Assembly: GCA_040954595.2 (NCBI GenBank)
Contig: CM082590.2
Location: forward strand, 10,132,088 to 10,196,087
Direction of reading: 5' to 3'
DNA from: Balanoglossus misakiensis
Lineage: Eukaryota; Animalia; Hemichordata
DNA length: 64,000 bases
A program made the position numbers and the translations under genes. Below the pieces are notes generated by a model. The model ran no database searches. It worked only from the letters and a program-made list of their open reading frames with translations, and was not told the DNA's origin. Positions 60,121-64,000 of this stretch are shown here, piece after piece (positions within the stretch are counted from its first letter, which is position 1; each line of letters starts with the position of its first letter).

Positions 60121-60277
60121 CTTGGTCATGAGTGCTGTCCCGAAGCCTCCCTGATAGTTGTTACTGGATGGAACAGTGTCAATCACTCCAGGTACCGGGT
60201 TGTATATCTCACTGGACCAGCAACGTCCACTGCTCATGTTTAAAATCTTGGCAAGCATTTTGGGATCCAATCCCAGT
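60121..60277 (-). CDS. HIBADH: HIBADH exon 7
   Basis: [52 protein letters not shown]; TAG acceptor, GTGAGA donor; 157 nt. Confidence 0.97.
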
Positions 60278-60468
60278 CTAAAAAGTTCAACACAAATATA
60301 GGTTAACTTCTGTATGTCAGGAAATTGTTTTGTCCCAAATATTTGACAGAATCTCAGGGTATATGTAATTAGAATGAAAATTGATAATATTTGCTGGGTG
60401 TTGAATCTTACGCATACTAGCAAATGTATGTTTGTTTGCTTAACCTCAGTCTTAGATATCGTGCTTAC

Positions 60469-60545
60469 CTCATTCCAAGATTCATTGCTTCCCCAGTCGC
60501 GATCATGGAAGCACCAAGCAGCATATTGTTACAAATCTTTGCTGC
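60469..60545 (-). CDS. HIBADH: HIBADH exon 6 (catalytic Lys motif AAKICNN)
   Basis: [26 protein letters not shown]; CAG acceptor, GTAAGC donor; 77 nt; absent from the ORF track because it is short. Confidence 0.95.
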
Positions 60546-60767
60546 CTGAAAAAAAATAAAGCAACAATTTCATGTCATGGAACATGTCAATATAGAACGA
60601 CAGTAAACAGTCCAGTGAAATTTAATGGAAAGAAATGCATTTCACTCATGATTAACAGCATTTCTCGTGACATCAATGGCTAATTTCGTATCTCCAATTT
60701 TTATGCATCCCATGCATAAACACATACATGTAAAAACCAACCCCATTTCAACAAATACCAGGATGTC

Positions 60768-60797
60768 AGGTCATGTGCGGGTCAAAGTTCATGACCT
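60768..60797. promoter_or_regulatory. Composite nuclear-receptor element (DR5 + DR1 + IR0) in HIBADH intron 5
   Basis: AGGTCA tgtgc GGGTCA a AGTTCA TGACCT: four consensus RGKTCA half-sites in 30 bp. Confidence 0.45.
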
Positions 60798-60828
60798 GCA
60801 CTACAACATATACAAAATGGCTGACTAC

Positions 60829-60962
60829 CTCTCCGGTGCCTACAGCTCCGCAATGCACAACATTTTTCCCCATATTACTCAGGATTTCTTCGACAGCCGG
60901 GAACTCTTCCTCCGCCCCACCCACCATGAATGTGAGCGTGGCGGCCGCAGCGGCATTGACAC
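60829..60962 (-). CDS. HIBADH: HIBADH exon 5
   Basis: GVNAAAAATLTFMVGGAEEEFPAVEEILSNMGKNVVHCGAVGTGE; CAG acceptor, GTAGTC donor; 134 nt. Confidence 0.96.
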
Positions 60963-61239
60963 CTGACGAGAACGAAGAAGACAATATTTCAGCAATCTCC
61001 GATAATTTCTAACCTAAACAATCTCAATCTGACACAGCACAGATCAATGAGTTCCCTCCCTGCTATTTCTGAGCCAAGAATAAACGACAGGAGTTCAAAG
61101 GTCATACAGCTTGACCTAGTTACACTACAGATGCTGAGTAAACAATCTGCCTGTAACCCAGTCCTTTCACGGTCAATAAATACTTTCACAGAAAGTAATC
61201 AAGAAATTTGCCCTTATTTTGTTGGTTGCAGAACCTTAC

Positions 61240-61361
61240 CTCCAGAAACAGGTGCATCCATGAACGTAGCTCCTTTCTTCTCGGCCAACTTTGCCATTTC
61301 TTTGGATACCGCTGGGTCTATTGTACTGCTGTCAATCAGTAGTGTACCTTTTTTAACAGTG
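61240..61361 (-). CDS. HIBADH: HIBADH exon 4
   Basis: STVKKGTLLIDSSTIDPAVSKEMAKLAEKKGATFMDAPVSGG (DAPVSGG substrate-binding motif); TAG acceptor, GTAAGG donor; 122 nt. Confidence 0.96.
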
Positions 61362-61398
61362 CTAATACAAAGAAAGGGAAATGATTAGAATTCAGTGG

Positions 61399-61429
<31 letters not shown>

Positions 61430-61470
61430 GCGTCTCTCTCTCTTTCTCCCTCTCTCTCTCTCTCTCTCTC
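61399..61470. repeat. (CT)n microsatellite in HIBADH intron 3
   Basis: Direct reading. Confidence 0.95.
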
Positions 61471-61798
61471 TTCAACAAGTCTTGGGGTTTTTAAGTTGTT
61501 GCACACATAGGATTCTAACTGGGAAAGCATCCCCCCTGCCCTCTGCAAGCCTTTATAGCACAGCGACCTGCAACAATATTTATTACATAGCTCAATGTGA
61601 GTGCAACATCAATATAGGCAACGTGTAGTGGGCCGGTAAACATTACTGACCAGTTGCCAAGGCATGTAATAAAAATATTATTGTCTGAATACATAGTTTA
61701 TGGGCCATCCTGCATCGGGCAAATGTCCCCCTGTGCTTTAGGCCCACAAACCCATGTATTCAGGCAATAACAGATAATATTTAACTCATGATTTTTAC

Positions 61799-62049
61799 CT
61801 GAAAATTCCTGTGGTCCCAGCGTAAACCTCTCGTACATGTGGACTGGATGGCAACATGGTCACAATGCGGTCTGATCTCTGCGCCACTTCGGCCGGCGAC
61901 TCTGCCACCTGGGCACCCAGATCCTGAACATCGGTTATGGATTCCGGGTAGACATCAAAGACGACCAATGGGTAGCCGGCTTTTAGGAGGTTCTTGGCCA
62001 TGGGGGCACCCATGTTCCCCAAGCCAATGAATCCTATTGGTGCAGTGGC
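61799..62049 (-). CDS. HIBADH: HIBADH exon 3 (NAD-binding Rossmann motif)
   Basis: ATAPIGFIGLGNMGAPMAKNLLKAGYPLVVFDV...TMLPSSPHVREVYAGTTGIF; TAG acceptor, GTAAAA donor; 251 nt. Confidence 0.97.
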
Positions 62050-62192
62050 CTAATAAAGATTTCGTACATATGTAAGACAATAAAAGTGTATCGAAAGTGG
62101 GGTGGAGGCTGGCACACATGTAAATGAAAATATCTTCTTACAATATCAAGTAAAAATTCCATATTATTGGCATACTGTGATTGTAAACTTAC

Positions 62193-62209
62193 CTTAGCTT
62201 CAGTTGAAA
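62193..62209 (-). CDS. HIBADH: HIBADH exon 2, 17-nt micro-exon (VSTEAK)
   Basis: Minus strand: ttttcattttttttcttcaCAG|TTTCAACTGAAGCTAAG|GTAAGT. It converts the phase-1 end of exon 1 to the phase-0 start of exon 3. Confidence 0.85.
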
Positions 62210-62858
62210 CTGTGAAGAAAAAAATGAAAACATCATATTAAACTCGGATATTGTTTTAATAATGACACTACGACTTTGGCCAATACACAACACTTGTGAA
62301 ATTGTTTTGCTTCCTTCATTATTCATATTATCAAAGTGTAATTAATAACCTCCAATAAAAGTTAAAACGTAGGGAAGTTGATCAAACTCAAAGTGAAAGG
62401 CCAGTCACTTTTCACGGGTGAAAACAAATGATAATCGCGTTGTGGGATATTTTGCGTCACGCTTAAATAAATCACGAAGCGGCTGTAGATGATAGCGTAA
62501 CACAGCAGCTATCAATGCGTCTTGGTTGACCCAGATAGCGTCGCGACAGGACAGCGCTGCACATTGCCTGGTCCAGGACGCTATAACGACCTGTGAGGTT
62601 TTATCGACACCAGTGTTCTGTCAGTTACAGTTATAGGTATATTTAAACAATGATCCTTCAGGCAATAACTCGACTGGATCCGAATATTCGGACATGACCC
62701 GGCGAAATGACAGCTGGCTTGGGGCAAAGTTTACAGAGGGCGTCCAACAACGTGTACAGTACCGTGGATGTACGGAAGGATCTGGAGTGATCGGGCGCCG
62801 GAAAACAACCCAAAACGTACCACGAGAAATCACAAGTGTGCTGATTAGCTAGACTCAC

Positions 62859-62946
62859 CTGAGAACGCCCTGGAAATTGCATATTGCCGGTGAACAGCGA
62901 CAGCAACTCGCAGCGAAAACAAGCGTGCACCCATCAAGCTCGCCAT
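62859..62946 (-). CDS. HIBADH: HIBADH exon 1 (mitochondrial targeting peptide); full CDS 1005 nt, 334 aa
   Basis: caacATGGCG start; MASLMGARLFSLRVAVAVHRQYAISRAFS is Arg/Ala/Ser-rich with no acidic residues; donor CAG|GTGAGT. Confidence 0.88.
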
Positions 62947-62952
62947 GTTGTC

Positions 62953-63036
62953 CGCAATGACTTGTGGGAGAGGTCATACAATTTTTTTGAGGTCGCGCAC
63001 GTGTCTGGGACGAAGGTTGTTTGGGTCAAAGGGTGA
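62953..63036 (-). promoter_or_regulatory. HIBADH housekeeping-type promoter / 5' UTR motifs
   Basis: ZNF143/Staf-like CTCCCACAAGTCATTGCG (minus, 62953-62970), E-box CACGTG 62998-63003, DR2-like GGGTCAaaGGGTGA 63023-63036. Confidence 0.4.
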
Positions 63037-63744
63037 ACATTATTTTTGAGGGGTGGACATAGGGAGGGAGGGATGGTAATACCACTGTCATCCAGCTACG
63101 TGGAATGATCGAGCTCTTCCAAATATCAATTTGAGAAGTGTCTTATAGTACCTCCTTCAGCTGTATATTTCATAAATCATTTCATATGTCATATTTCATC
63201 AAGAAGATATGAAATCGGATTCGTTTATTTGATTCACTGTTTAAAAGAGGTTGGAATAAACCCTCCCTCTAACAAAGTGGTAAAGGTCCACGGGCAAACA
63301 AACTAATTAACGGAATTTCGCAACTGATGGAGACAGTCGGTCTGGCGCCGGGCTGCCCCAACTTCAAAAAGTTTTCTCACTTTCTGTTACTTTGTTTTTG
63401 AACACCGGATACACAGGTTAGAATTCTTTTGATTTAGTCAATTCACACCCCTTCGTGTTGCAATATTCTGCTCGCACGTGCACCTCTCCCACTCGTTAGC
63501 ACGATCTGTTTTTCCTAAATTTCCGGAAGTTTCAAAAAACAAGTCTTGGCCAGCGAACGTGGGCAGATGAAGTGTGTCGTAATCAGTTAGGTGTCTATAT
63601 GCTTCCACGTCCACTTTGGAAAAACGTTCGGGTACCCCCACACAACTTTAAATCAAGTTGAAAATACCCACAGCAGAAAACAGCCGCGGTTCACAAGCGT
63701 CGAAAAATAAAACTTTTACAAGTCAACGCAAATATTTTTTTTAT

Positions 63745-63787
63745 TTATTATTTATTTATGTATTTGTTTATTTATTTATTTTTTATT
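63745..63787. repeat. (TTTA)n microsatellite
   Basis: Direct reading. Confidence 0.85.
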
Positions 63788-64000
63788 CCAATACAGCCTG
63801 TATCATTCGTGAGTTACCGTCAAAGAAATTTAATCCGAGTACCGCATTCAATAGAATTAATTCCCGAAAGCTAAATTCTCTATCTCTCCGAAATTTCTAG
63901 ACATGCTGAGGTCAAAACAGTTGACCTGGGTTTTGTCCGAATTTGCATACAGTGCGGTCCTCTGTTGCACCTGTGGCTTCACTGACATCATCTTCTTGTA

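Overview
Eukaryotic, intron-rich, AT-rich animal DNA. It is the posterior end of an ambulacrarian Hox cluster, most likely from a hemichordate (inferred from homeodomain type and gene orientation). Four genes are supported. (1) The homeobox exon of a Hox11/13b/c-type gene, probably Hox11/13c (+, 4244-4632; exon 1 not found and probably upstream of the window). (2) A complete two-exon Hox11/13b/c-type gene, probably Hox11/13b (+, 15898-21158, 235 aa). (3) A three-exon Evx/even-skipped gene (+, 39972-45965, 340 aa). (4) An eight-exon HIBADH gene (-, 62946-57515, 334 aa) that needs a 17-nt micro-exon to stay in frame. The order posterior Hox - Evx - HIBADH matches human HOXA13-EVX1-HIBADH, but the two Hox genes are flipped relative to Evx. 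Non-coding highlights: a near-perfect CTCF motif between Hox and Evx, a composite DR5/DR1/IR0 nuclear-receptor element in a HIBADH intron, several TCF/Cdx/T-box/Pbx-Meis motif clusters, TTAA-flanked MITEs, a palindrome cluster, a higher-order minisatellite and many microsatellites. Most ORFs in the supplied track are spurious. All regulatory calls are motif readings by eye and are untested.
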